64,000 nucleotides of DNA from Alphaproteobacteria bacterium (GCA_965243135.1 OZ251539.1:4640001-4704000); one strand, 5' to 3'. Positions 37,091-46,553 are shown, counted from the first letter of the stretch. A program made the numbers and translations. The notes: generated by a model not told the origin, from the letters alone.

Positions 37091-38671
37091 ATGCCGGATA
37101 TTAATCGCGCGGCTTTTGATATTCTGGGACCAAACGAGGACGAATTAAGAATTTGTTTGGATTTTGGTACTGCCATGTCGAAAGCATGGGCATCAAGATA
37201 TTCTGATGACAGTACCATACCCCTTGTATTGGGAAGGGCGGCCGGCGAGGGTAATGAGTTGGCGGTCCCTTCGTCTATATTTATTTCTCAATCTGGAAAG
37301 ATTTTCTTTGGAAGGCAAGCGGAAATTCAACATAGAAAGGAAATAGGAAATCGGCGCCGAAGATTTGATAACTTGAAATCAGTTCTTTGCGAATCAAAAG
37401 TTGATCGAGAACTTGACGAGATAGGAGTATCGCGAGAAATTGATCCAACGGGTTCTCTTACAATAGGTGGTTTGTTAACTCTATATATTGCTTGGTTAAC
37501 TGATCTTTCTCTTGTAGAATTGGAACGGCAGATACATGCAGCAAATGAACCCAACTCTAGCGGACAAAATCCGAACAATCTTCGCTATGTTCGTAGGAGA
37601 TTTGCTATCCCATGCTTTGAAAATTCTTATGACGAATCTGTTGGTGGGGATCGACGGGCTCGATGGGCAAGAAAAATAATGAGGAAAGCATTGCTTCGGG
37701 CTCAAATTATCGCCGATACATTGAATGGGCATTGGGACGATCTAACAGTATACGATGCTTTGAGATTATTTGAAACCGTCCGGGGCATGGAAATTTCTAG
37801 GTGTGATCGATTGCTAGCAAGGGACGCCTCAGTTCGGGAGCCAGTTGCTGCAGGAGCATCGCGATTTGAAGAAATGATTACCGAAGGTAAGGCTAGGAGG
37901 ATGCTGCTAGTAATCGATGCGGGCGCAGGGACCACGGATTTTGCTATTTTTCAGGTTTTTTCTGATCAAGAAACGCGGTACGCATTAATTTCATCCGGGG
38001 TTTCTATGTGTCTAATTGCAGGAAATAGAGTCGATCAGGTTTTAATGGAAGTCATTCTTGATGAATGTGGCGTTGATTTAGCTCAAAATAACAAGGAGGA
38101 TAGAGAATCTTTCAAATGGGAACTGGAATCAAATCTCCGAAACATAAAGCAAATCCTGTTTCAGGAAAAGCGAGCAAGAATAGATTTTTTGTCAGATGTC
38201 ACGGGGGAATTGCATATTGACACTCTTCTCGAAGATCATAGATATATGAAATTAGGAGAGGAATTGTGCACAATCCGCGATAGGCTAATTGATGACCTTT
38301 TTCGAAAAAATCCTAAAGAATTGGATGATCTAAAAAAGCATATGCAAATGCTAAGTAAACCGTTTCCTATACATGTATTGCTGACGGGAGGTAGTGGTGA
38401 GCAGCCAATAATAAAAGATTTAGCCAAAGGTCATATTGTAGTTGACGGATTAAATATTGAATTTAAGGAGGTTCGGGCTCTGCCAAATTGGATCAATGAT
38501 CTACAGCGTGATCAGGCGGAATTAGTTGCTAGGGCATATCCGCAATGTGCGGTCTCTATAGGTGGTTCGGCTCGCGAAGTTCCCCAAGAACGAAACGATT
38601 TAGTTTCCATGGTGAATCCCGCAGCGCCAGGAGAGAGACGACTTGAAGGCAATTACATGAAGGGCGTATAA
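37091..38671 (+). CDS. Divergent Hsp70/actin-fold ATPase (nucleotide-binding domain only)
   Basis: ICLDFGTAMSK, VPSSIF, REPVAAG, VIDAGAGTTD, AGNRVD, VLLTGGSG, AVSIGG; only about 35 aa follow the last motif; low GC. Start placed at ATG 37091. Confidence 0.8.
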   Translation: MPDINRAAFDILGPNEDELRICLDFGTAMSKAWASRYSDDSTIPLVLGRAAGEGNELAVPSSIFISQSGKIFFGRQAEIQHRKEIGNRRRRFDNLKSVLCESKVDRELDEIGVSREIDPTGSLTIGGLLTLYIAWLTDLSLVELERQIHAANEPNSSGQNPNNLRYVRRRFAIPCFENSYDESVGGDRRARWARKIMRKALLRAQIIADTLNGHWDDLTVYDALRLFETVRGMEISRCDRLLARDASVREPVAAGASRFEEMITEGKARRMLLVIDAGAGTTDFAIFQVFSDQETRYALISSGVSMCLIAGNRVDQVLMEVILDECGVDLAQNNKEDRESFKWELESNLRNIKQILFQEKRARIDFLSDVTGELHIDTLLEDHRYMKLGEELCTIRDRLIDDLFRKNPKELDDLKKHMQMLSKPFPIHVLLTGGSGEQPIIKDLAKGHIVVDGLNIEFKEVRALPNWINDLQRDQAELVARAYPQCAVSIGGSAREVPQERNDLVSMVNPAAPGERRLEGNYMKGV

Positions 38672-38775
38672 AGTATTAGTCAGGGAACAAGGCTGTTGGC
38701 CGGACTGCTTCACTCGGGATGGGCGGGAGAGCTTGTTGTTGCAATGACTTCCAATCGCGAGACCTTGGAACAAAG

Positions 38776-40032
38776 TCAGTCCGCAGCGTCGGCGAGACCG
38801 ACGAGCGTTTCAGCGAGTACCCGTGCCCCGTCCGCGAGATCTTCCGGCGCGGCATTTTCCGCTTCGTTGTGACTGATGCCTTTCTCGCAGGGGACGAATA
38901 TCATCCCGGTCGGGCACACGAAATGCAGTTGGCGCGCATCGTGCCCCGCTCCGGAGAACATTCGCATGGCCGGGAGGCCGAGACGGTCGGCGGCGGCCTC
39001 GACGGCGTCCACCACCAGCGGTTCGAACTCGATGGAATCCGCCTCGGCGATGCGCCATGCCTCGACGTCGCACGCAACCGACCGGTCGCGGCAGATCCCG
39101 TCGACTTCCGAGGCGAGCCGTTCGAGCAGCGCCGAATCGGGGTGGCGAATGTCGATCGAAAACACGGCGCCGCTCGCCACCACGGAGGGCACGTTGGGCT
39201 CGGGCAGCATCATGCCTACGGTGAACCGCACGTCTTCGTCGGCATGAAGCTGGTCGTGCAGGGCGGACACCATGCGGGCGGCCTCCCAGAGAGCGTCCTT
39301 GCGCGCCGCGCGCGGGGTCGTTCCTGCGTGCGCTTCCTCTCCCGTCACCCTGACGCGCATTCGCCTTACGCCTTGAATGCCGGTCACGATGCCGATGGTC
39401 TTTCCCAGCCTTTCGAGTTCCGGCCCCTGCTCGATATGGGCTTCGACGAACGCGGCGACAGGGCGGCCGAGCGGAAGTTCCCCGGCATCCGGCGTTGCGG
39501 CTAGCGCCGCCGGCAGCGCGTCGCGGACGGGCGTGCCGTCCCGATCCCTTACCGTGAGGATCTCCTCCATGCCGCGCAACCCGGCGAAGGCTTCGGAGCC
39601 CATCATGCCCGGCGCGAAACGCGACCCTTCCTCGTTCATCCAGGCGGCGACCTCGATGGACCGCCGGGTCGCGACGCCCGCGTCGTTCAGGGCTTCGACC
39701 GCTTCGATCCCGGCGAGCACGCCGTATGCGCCGTCGAACTTGCCGCCGGTCGGCTGGCTGTCGATATGCGACCCGGTCATGACGGGCGGCAAGCCGGGGT
39801 CGCTGCCGTCCCGCCGCAGGAACAGGTTGCCTGCCGCGTCGACGAAAACGCCGAGGCCGAGTTCCGCGGCCCAGGAGGCCAGTCGGCCTCGCGCCTCGAT
39901 TTCTTCCGTGGAAAGCGCCTGCCGGTTGACGCCGCCCTTTCCGGTCGCGCCGAACTGCGCGAGCTCCATATGACGCCGCCACAGACGGGCCTCGTCGACG
40001 AAGCCGGAGACGATGCGCGGGCTTTCCGGCAC
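38776..40032 (-). CDS. M20 Zn-dependent amidohydrolase (N-carbamoyl-amino-acid/allantoate amidohydrolase type)
   Basis: GSHIDSQPTGGKFDG, NEEGSRF, EAHIEQGP, HAGTTP, SGAGHDA, GISHNEAE. Confidence 0.92.
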   Translation of the reverse strand: MPESPRIVSGFVDEARLWRRHMELAQFGATGKGGVNRQALSTEEIEARGRLASWAAELGLGVFVDAAGNLFLRRDGSDPGLPPVMTGSHIDSQPTGGKFDGAYGVLAGIEAVEALNDAGVATRRSIEVAAWMNEEGSRFAPGMMGSEAFAGLRGMEEILTVRDRDGTPVRDALPAALAATPDAGELPLGRPVAAFVEAHIEQGPELERLGKTIGIVTGIQGVRRMRVRVTGEEAHAGTTPRAARKDALWEAARMVSALHDQLHADEDVRFTVGMMLPEPNVPSVVASGAVFSIDIRHPDSALLERLASEVDGICRDRSVACDVEAWRIAEADSIEFEPLVVDAVEAAADRLGLPAMRMFSGAGHDARQLHFVCPTGMIFVPCEKGISHNEAENAAPEDLADGARVLAETLVGLADAAD

Positions 40033-40033
40033 G

Positions 40034-40918
40034 TCAGTCTTTCAAGCCGGACAACAGAGCGGACGCGCCCGCGTAAGGTTTCTTTTCGGTCCAGCGGCCC
40101 GCTTCGACCGTCGCGAAGAACTCGGAGAGAACGGCGTTGAACATGCCGGGTTCTTCGAGATTGATCGTATGGCCGGTCCTGGGAACGACCCAAAGCCCGG
40201 CCGCCGGAATGGTCCGCTTCAGAAAGAGGCCAGGTTCGAGGCACCAGTCGTCTTCGTCGCCGTTCACGATCAGCGTCGGGACCTTCATTTCCCTGAGCCG
40301 GTCTTCGAGGTCGTAAAGCGAAGGACGCAGTTTCTGCACGCCCCGCATGGTGAGCGCCGCGCCTCTGGCGGAATGCTTCGCGAGCGTGTCGCGGAATTCC
40401 GCCCATCCCCGGGGATCCTTCTCCCTGAACTGCAGGCGATACGCGCCGCCTGCGTACATCTGCGCCATGGCTTCCGCGCCCGCCTTGTCGTATTCCGCCG
40501 CCAGCGTCTCCGAATCCGCCGCGTATCGTTCGCGCTGGTCGCGGGCGGCGCCGTAACCGCAGGCGGCGACCGTCAGCGACCGCGCCATCGCGGCGTATCG
40601 AAGCCCGAAATGAAGCGCGGCGAAGCCGCCCATGGACATACCCACGACATGGGCGCGGTCGACATCCGCCGCCCGAAGCACGGCCGCGATGTCGTCGGTC
40701 GCGTGATCCTGGGAATAGAGAGCCTGATCTTCAGGCACGTCCGACGGCGGATAGCCGCGCGCATTGAAGGCGATGCAACGGTAGCGGCGCGAGAAATACC
40801 GGATCTGGGGTTCCCAGCTCAGAAGATCGTCGGCGAATTCGTGGACGAAGATAATCGGAATCCCGGCGCCGGCGTCTTCGTAATACAGGCGGACGCCGCC
40901 GCTGTCGGCGTACGGCAT
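40034..40918 (-). CDS. Alpha/beta hydrolase
   Basis: ARGYPPS, GMSMGG nucleophile elbow, GDED, GHTINLEEP. Confidence 0.9.
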   Translation of the reverse strand: MPYADSGGVRLYYEDAGAGIPIIFVHEFADDLLSWEPQIRYFSRRYRCIAFNARGYPPSDVPEDQALYSQDHATDDIAAVLRAADVDRAHVVGMSMGGFAALHFGLRYAAMARSLTVAACGYGAARDQRERYAADSETLAAEYDKAGAEAMAQMYAGGAYRLQFREKDPRGWAEFRDTLAKHSARGAALTMRGVQKLRPSLYDLEDRLREMKVPTLIVNGDEDDWCLEPGLFLKRTIPAAGLWVVPRTGHTINLEEPGMFNAVLSEFFATVEAGRWTEKKPYAGASALLSGLKD

Positions 40919-40919
40919 C

Positions 40920-41711
40920 CTAAAGCGCCTTTACCTGTCCGCCGTCGATATCGAACATCGCGCCGGTCGCGTAGCTTGCCCGCGCAGAAGCCAGAAAGAC
41001 TACGAAAGAAGCCAGCTCCCGGGGCTGGCCGTAGCGCTTCAGAACCGTTTCGCCGGCAAGAACGGCCGTTGCTTCCTCCACCGATACGCCGTCTTCCTTC
41101 GCTTTCTCCTCCGCGAGATAGACCATTCGTTGCGTCGCGAAAGGGCCGGGATTGACGACGTTGGACAGAATTCCGTGCGGCCCGCCCTCTTCCGCGAGCG
41201 CCTTGCTGACGTTCTGGAGCGCCGCGTTGCAGAAGCCGGCCGTGATCGCGTGCGCATGCGGCTGCCGGCCGTGGGTGCCCGCGATGAACAGGATTCGTCC
41301 GCCGTTCCCGCGCTTCGCCATTCCCAAGAAGACCTCACGGGCGAGGCGGATCTGGGCGAGAATCTTCACTTCGACCGCGTCCCGCCACTGCCGGTCCGTC
41401 ATTTCCGCGAAGGGAGCCGTCGCCGCGCCGCCCGAATTGGCCACCACGATGTCGATGCCGCCGAACCGAGTTTCCGCTTCGCGGACCATTCGAACGACAG
41501 CGTCGGCGTCGGTCATGTCGGCGACGATGCCGTGGACCTCGCCGCCGGTCGCCGACCTCAAGCGCTCGACGGCGCCGGCTAGACGGTCGGCGTTTCGGGC
41601 GGAGACGACAACCCGCGCGCCCTCGGCCGCGAATTCCTCGGCGACGAAGACGCCGAGGCCGCCGCTGGCCGCCGATACCAAGGCCGTCTTGCCCTTCAGT
41701 TCCAAGTCCAT
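40920..41711 (-). CDS. Short-chain dehydrogenase/reductase (atypical active site)
   Basis: SAASGGLG, DIVVANSG, VNPGPFAT, DIDGG; canonical YxxxK not evident (GFCNAA). Confidence 0.85.
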   Translation of the reverse strand: MDLELKGKTALVSAASGGLGVFVAEEFAAEGARVVVSARNADRLAGAVERLRSATGGEVHGIVADMTDADAVVRMVREAETRFGGIDIVVANSGGAATAPFAEMTDRQWRDAVEVKILAQIRLAREVFLGMAKRGNGGRILFIAGTHGRQPHAHAITAGFCNAALQNVSKALAEEGGPHGILSNVVNPGPFATQRMVYLAEEKAKEDGVSVEEATAVLAGETVLKRYGQPRELASFVVFLASARASYATGAMFDIDGGQVKAL

Positions 41712-42049
41712 GGCCTTCCGCTCCGCATCTTCGATACAGGCATTTTTCACTTTCCCCCGGAAGCCGTCCGAAAGCAACAGCGGGAAGAGGGAACCTTGCA
41801 GGGCCGCCCGGGCCGGCTTTCCGTCCCGCGCGACGTTCGGGCGCGGTTGGAACGGCCGGTAGTATTTTGCGACGATGGTGGCGGCCGAGCGGGAAAAAGC
41901 CGTATTGTGAACAAGGCCGTAACACTCGGAACCGTGAGGGATCGAACCGCAGTTTGGCGGTTATCTGCGGGCGATAGGGCAGTATTGTTGCCGTGCGGGT
42001 CGTCGGCACCGTCCTGCCGGGACCGAATGAGCACGCGGAGGAGAAACGG

Positions 42050-43288
42050 ATGATCGAACTGGCTCGTCGCATTCGACTGGGCGAGGATTCGATGCTCAAG
42101 TTGAAGAGCGTTCGCTCGATGGCGGGCCGCGATACCGGTCCGCAACGTAGTGAATTCGCGGACGAGCTGGCCGCCATGGCCAACGGCCGGGGCGGCACTC
42201 TGGTCCTCGGCGTGGACGACGACACTCGTCGGATCGAAGGCATTCCGCTTGCCGAGCTTGACGCGGTCGAAGGCTGGGTCCGCGAAATTTGCGACGACTT
42301 CGTGAAACCCGCGCTCGATGTCGACATTTTGAAACAGGAACTGAAAGACGGCAGCGGAGAACTCGTCCCGATTATTGTCGTGGAGACCCCTCGGAGCCTG
42401 TTCGTGCACGAGAGTCCCGGCGGATACTTCCGCAGGATCGGCGGCTCGAAGCGCAAGATGGAGCCGGAGGCTCTCGCCCGTCTGTTTCAGGAGCGGAGCC
42501 AGACCCGGCAGATCCGCTTCGACGAATTGATCGTGCCCGGCACCGGTCCGTCCGACTTGCAGTATTCGCTGACGCACCGGTTCATGCGATCAAACGAAGG
42601 ACTTCCCGCCAATTCCCGCTTCTCCGGCGAAGTTCTCGATACATTGCGGAAGCTTTGCATCGTGGCCGACGAGGATGGACAAGCGCGGCTTACGCTCTCG
42701 GGCGCGCTTCTTTGCACAGCGGAACCGCAGCGGTGGCTGCGCCACGCGTACATTCAGGCCGTCAACTACGCAGGCGACCGGATCGACACCAAGTACCAAA
42801 CCGACGCAAGGGATATCGGCGGACCTCTGGACGAGCAGGTGGCCGGAACACTGGACTTCGTGCGGCGCAACATGCTGGTGCGCGCCGCCAAGACAAACGC
42901 GCGGATGGACCGCCCGCAGTTCAGCGAGCGCGCCGTGTTCGAGGCGCTTGTGAACGCGGTCGCGCATCGCGACTACTCGCTGGCGGGCGCTCGGATTCGC
43001 CTCCACATGTTCGGCGACCGGCTTGAGCTCTACGTTCCCGGCGGGTTGGCCAGCACGCTTGCCCCGGACAGCCTCCATCTGCGGCAGTCGAACCGGAACA
43101 ACGTTATCGTGTCCCTGCTTGCCCGATGCGCCGCGCCATCCGGGATCGGGCGCATGCGTCTGATGGACGTACGCGGCGACGGAGTGCCGATCATTCGCGC
43201 AGAGTGCGAAAAATTGTCGGGGAGATTGCCGGAGTACAGACTGATCGACGAAAACGAGCTGCGACTCGTAATTCCGGCCGCTGGATAG
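42050..43288 (+). CDS. AlbA_2 (Schlafen-like) + HATPase_c_4 protein
   Basis: GEDSMLKLK, ELAAMANGRGGTLVLGVDD, YFRRIGGS, FEALVNAVAHRDYS, RNNVI, RGDGVPII. Confidence 0.85.
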   Translation: MIELARRIRLGEDSMLKLKSVRSMAGRDTGPQRSEFADELAAMANGRGGTLVLGVDDDTRRIEGIPLAELDAVEGWVREICDDFVKPALDVDILKQELKDGSGELVPIIVVETPRSLFVHESPGGYFRRIGGSKRKMEPEALARLFQERSQTRQIRFDELIVPGTGPSDLQYSLTHRFMRSNEGLPANSRFSGEVLDTLRKLCIVADEDGQARLTLSGALLCTAEPQRWLRHAYIQAVNYAGDRIDTKYQTDARDIGGPLDEQVAGTLDFVRRNMLVRAAKTNARMDRPQFSERAVFEALVNAVAHRDYSLAGARIRLHMFGDRLELYVPGGLASTLAPDSLHLRQSNRNNVIVSLLARCAAPSGIGRMRLMDVRGDGVPIIRAECEKLSGRLPEYRLIDENELRLVIPAAG

Positions 43289-43305
43289 TCCGTTCACCGG
43301 CGGCC

Positions 43306-43987
43306 GTCTGGAAGCAAATCGTCTGCCTCGCGAACTCCCGAAAGCGGTCGGGTCGTTACGTTGCGGGCCGCGAATGGTCGGAGACGGACGGCGCGGGGGC
43401 ATGGGTCCGACCCGTCAGCAAGCGGGACGGCCAGGAAGTATCGGAACACGAGCAGCGGTACGAGGACGGTGCCGACCCGCGGTTGCTCGACATTATCGGC
43501 TTGCCTCTTCTGAAAGCCTGCCCTGAAGATTGGCAGACCGAAAACTGGTTGCTCGATCCGGAACGGTACTGGCAGAAGAACGGAAAATACTCGCGCTTCG
43601 ATCTGGCGAAGCTCGCCGACGCGCTTGAACCGCTCTGGATCGACGGGTACGGCACCTAATAACGGCCAAAACGACAAGGTTCCGCTCGGGCTGATCTCGT
43701 CGATTTCCGATTCGCTGCGGCTGATCAGGGTCGAGCGGCTTGAACTGGCCGTGTTCAGCTCGGGCGAGGCGTTCGGCAACGCCAAGCGGCGCGTGCAGGG
43801 GCGCTTCGAATTTTCGGGCCAGGAGTACGCGTTATGGGTGACGGATCCTGCCTGCGAAAAGAAGTACTTTGCTAAGCTGGACGGCACCTATGCGACAGGC
43901 GGGAGCTATCTGACGATCAGCCTTGGAGAGGGGTATAAGGGCGCTTGCTACAAGCTCGTTGCCGCCGTCATCGGGGTGGATGAATAA
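43306..43987 (+). pseudogene. Dual OB-fold family protein, frameshifted near 43657
   Basis: N-half KQIVCLANSRKRSGRYVAG..WVRPVS..LLDII..QTENW..LWIDG stops at TAA 43657-43659; C-half NGQNDKV..SLRLI..VTDP..YLTISLGE..YKLVAAVI continues in the +1 frame. No nearby start codon seen. Confidence 0.7.
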
Positions 43988-44609
43988 AGATATGGAAAAC
44001 AGCGTTCTTACTATCGGCCACTCCAATCATTCTTGGGAAGCCTTCGCGGCTCTCCTCGAACTGCACGGCATCGGGGCCGTGGCGGATGTGCGCTCGGCAC
44101 CGTACAGCCGCTTCAACCCGCAGTTTGATCGCGAAACCTTCGCGGCCGCTCTCAAGGGGCGAGGCATAGCTTACGTCTATCTCGGGAGCGAACTCGGCGG
44201 CCGCTCCGAAGATCCTGGATGTTACGAGGGCGGCCGCATCCGTTATGACCGCATCGCGCTGACGGATCGTTTCCGGGACGGTATCGAACGCGTGGTTCGA
44301 GGGGCCGGAAAACACCGCATCGCTCTCATGTGCGCAGAGAAAGAGCCTCTCGATTGCCACCGAACCCTTCTCGTCGCGCCCGCTCTTGAACGGGAGGGTA
44401 TAGACGTCATGCATGTTCACGCGGACGGCGTTCTTGAACCGAATGCCGAAGCGATGGACGGGTTGCTGGATAAATTCGACCTCCGCCCGGACGGCGATCT
44501 GTTCCAGCGGTCCCGCGAGGAGTTGGTCGCGGAAGCGATAGCGCTGCAAGCCAGGCGCGTCGCCCATGCTGACGACAGACCTGCGGGAGGGCGGGAGCGA
44601 AGCCGATGA
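43980..44609 (+). CDS. DUF488 family protein
   Basis: LTIGHSNH, ADVRSAPYSR, ELGGR, ALMCAEKEPLDCHR. Confidence 0.88.
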   Translation: MNKDMENSVLTIGHSNHSWEAFAALLELHGIGAVADVRSAPYSRFNPQFDRETFAAALKGRGIAYVYLGSELGGRSEDPGCYEGGRIRYDRIALTDRFRDGIERVVRGAGKHRIALMCAEKEPLDCHRTLLVAPALEREGIDVMHVHADGVLEPNAEAMDGLLDKFDLRPDGDLFQRSREELVAEAIALQARRVAHADDRPAGGRERSR

Positions 44610-45094
44610 GAGTGCTGACCATAGGATTCACGAAGAAGCCGGCGCAGCGGTTTTTCGGGCTGCTGCGCGAGTCCGGCGCCAGAAGAGTTGTCGACGTGAG
44701 GCTCAACACCGGATCGCAACTCGCCGGGTTCGCGAAAAAGCGGGATCTCGCGTGGTTCCTCGAAGAAATTTGCGGGATCGAATACGTCCATGCGCCGGAT
44801 CTGGCGCCTTCGAAGGAACTGCAGGACGACTACCGGAAGAAGAGGATCGACTGGAGCGCTTACGAAGACCGGTTTGTGGATCTGATGCGCGAACGGCGGA
44901 TCGAGGATACGGTTTCGAAGGAGATGGTGGACAGCGGCTGCCTGCTGTGCAGCGAGGATCAGCCCCATCATTGTCACCGGCGGCTGGTTGCCGAATATCT
45001 GACGACTTGTTGGGGCAATATCGAGGTCGAGCATTTGGGAATGTCGGGACCCGACGCGCGGTGGCCGCAGCCCGGGAAACCTCTTTCGGAGTAG
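44606..45094 (+). CDS. DUF488 family protein (second paralog type)
   Basis: TIGFTKK, VDVRLN..QLAGFAK, LAPS, CLLCSE..HCHRRLVAEYL; ATGA coupling. Confidence 0.88.
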   Translation: MRVLTIGFTKKPAQRFFGLLRESGARRVVDVRLNTGSQLAGFAKKRDLAWFLEEICGIEYVHAPDLAPSKELQDDYRKKRIDWSAYEDRFVDLMRERRIEDTVSKEMVDSGCLLCSEDQPHHCHRRLVAEYLTTCWGNIEVEHLGMSGPDARWPQPGKPLSE

Positions 45095-45386
45095 CGGGTC
45101 GTCCGGAAAGGAAGCGTTTCCTGCCGAGCTTCTCCGCAAATTATCTGTGTCGGCCTCAAATCGCGTGTGGTTTCTTCGTGACCGGGCGGGCTGGTTGAGC
45201 GGTATTTCGGCTGAAGCTTGCCGGATGCGGGGCGGAGACGCGGTTGCCGCATTCCGCCGAGATCTGCGGCAAGCTGTTTGCTCCTGCGAAACGCGACTAT
45301 AATGCAGGCGTGCGGAAAGGCGCGGCGGCGGACCTCGCGCCTCGGCATGATCAAGCACTGCTAAGGGTGCCAAACGGGTATCTGAC

Positions 45387-46553
45387 ATGGATTCGTCCAC
45401 TCGTCCGCTTTTTGCACTGTATGTGATTTGGCACCCTACATTTGCGTTTGGTCGAGAGATCGCGGATCGGCTCCGGTCGCATTTTGTCCGCAATCTCTAC
45501 AAGACCGTTGGCGGAGATAATGGGGTGAGCGTTCTTGAGCGCAGCGAACCTTTGCCGGGTAAGCGCACGCCTTTGCCGATCGACTGGGACGAAGCGGAGA
45601 TGACGGCAGCCGTTGTGATCGCGGAGTCCGGGCTCGTCGATGATCGCGATTGGACCGACTACATCCGCAGCGTCTCCCGAAGCGCGAGGACGAGAGGGGA
45701 TTCCGCCGGTTTCTTTCCCGTCACGGTGGATTCCCGCGGAACCGAGTTCGGGTTCGAGGAACAGGCGCTGCGCTGGGACCGCTGGGGCGAACCCGACGCT
45801 GAGCGATGTCGACGCATGACCATCGACCTGACCCACGAGTTTTGCCGTATGCTGCGACACCAGCTCGGGCGACCAGACAGCGGGCAGATGCCGCTCGAAC
45901 AGCGTCTGGAGAAGATCCAGATTTTCATCAGCCACACCAAGCATGACGACGATGGCGAAATCGTGGCTCGCGGCATCCGCGACTGGATCCATGAACGCAG
46001 TCCGCTTTCGAGCTTCTTTGATGTCCACGATATTCCGCCTGGGCAGTCGGTCGAGGAGGTCTTGCTGCATCAGCTTGGCAAAGGAGCGGTCATGGTGGTG
46101 CACTCCGATTCCTATTCGTCGCGCGAATGGTGTCGTCGCGAGGTAATTGAGGCAAAGCGTCGCTTGGTGCCGATGGTCGTTGTCGATTGCGTGCGCGATA
46201 TCGATTTCCGCGGAATGCCGTATCTCGGCAACGTACCGATCATCCGCATGGATCCGGACCGGAGAGATCGGATAGAGACCGTTGCAGGTTGCCTCCTCGA
46301 CGAAGTCTTCCGCACTTGGTTGTGGCTTTATCGCATTGAGCGTTATCGGGCAGAGGCTTCCGGCGTATTGTTTACGGCTCGACCGCCCGAATTGATTGTC
46401 TTGGCGGCGATGTCTTTTCGTCGCGGAGAAGTCGACCCAGTGATCGTCTATCCTGATCCCCTGTTGAGCGCCGAGGAAGGACATTTGTTCTCGAAGGTTG
46501 CTCCAAACGTGCGCGTTCAAACTTTGACGGAATGGCTGGAGGAACGACAATGA
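45387..46553 (+). CDS. TIR-domain protein (N-terminal TIR-like region + TIR + C-terminal extension)
   Basis: IFISHTKHD, FFDVHDIPPG, SDSYSSREWCRREV with the presumed catalytic Glu, PYLGNVP. Confidence 0.85.
   Translation: MDSSTRPLFALYVIWHPTFAFGREIADRLRSHFVRNLYKTVGGDNGVSVLERSEPLPGKRTPLPIDWDEAEMTAAVVIAESGLVDDRDWTDYIRSVSRSARTRGDSAGFFPVTVDSRGTEFGFEEQALRWDRWGEPDAERCRRMTIDLTHEFCRMLRHQLGRPDSGQMPLEQRLEKIQIFISHTKHDDDGEIVARGIRDWIHERSPLSSFFDVHDIPPGQSVEEVLLHQLGKGAVMVVHSDSYSSREWCRREVIEAKRRLVPMVVVDCVRDIDFRGMPYLGNVPIIRMDPDRRDRIETVAGCLLDEVFRTWLWLYRIERYRAEASGVLFTARPPELIVLAAMSFRRGEVDPVIVYPDPLLSAEEGHLFSKVAPNVRVQTLTEWLEERQ

Noticed and set aside
37091-38671. Calling this gene dnaK, hscA or mreB
   Set aside because: No substrate-binding domain, strongly divergent motifs, foreign composition and no cognate operon.
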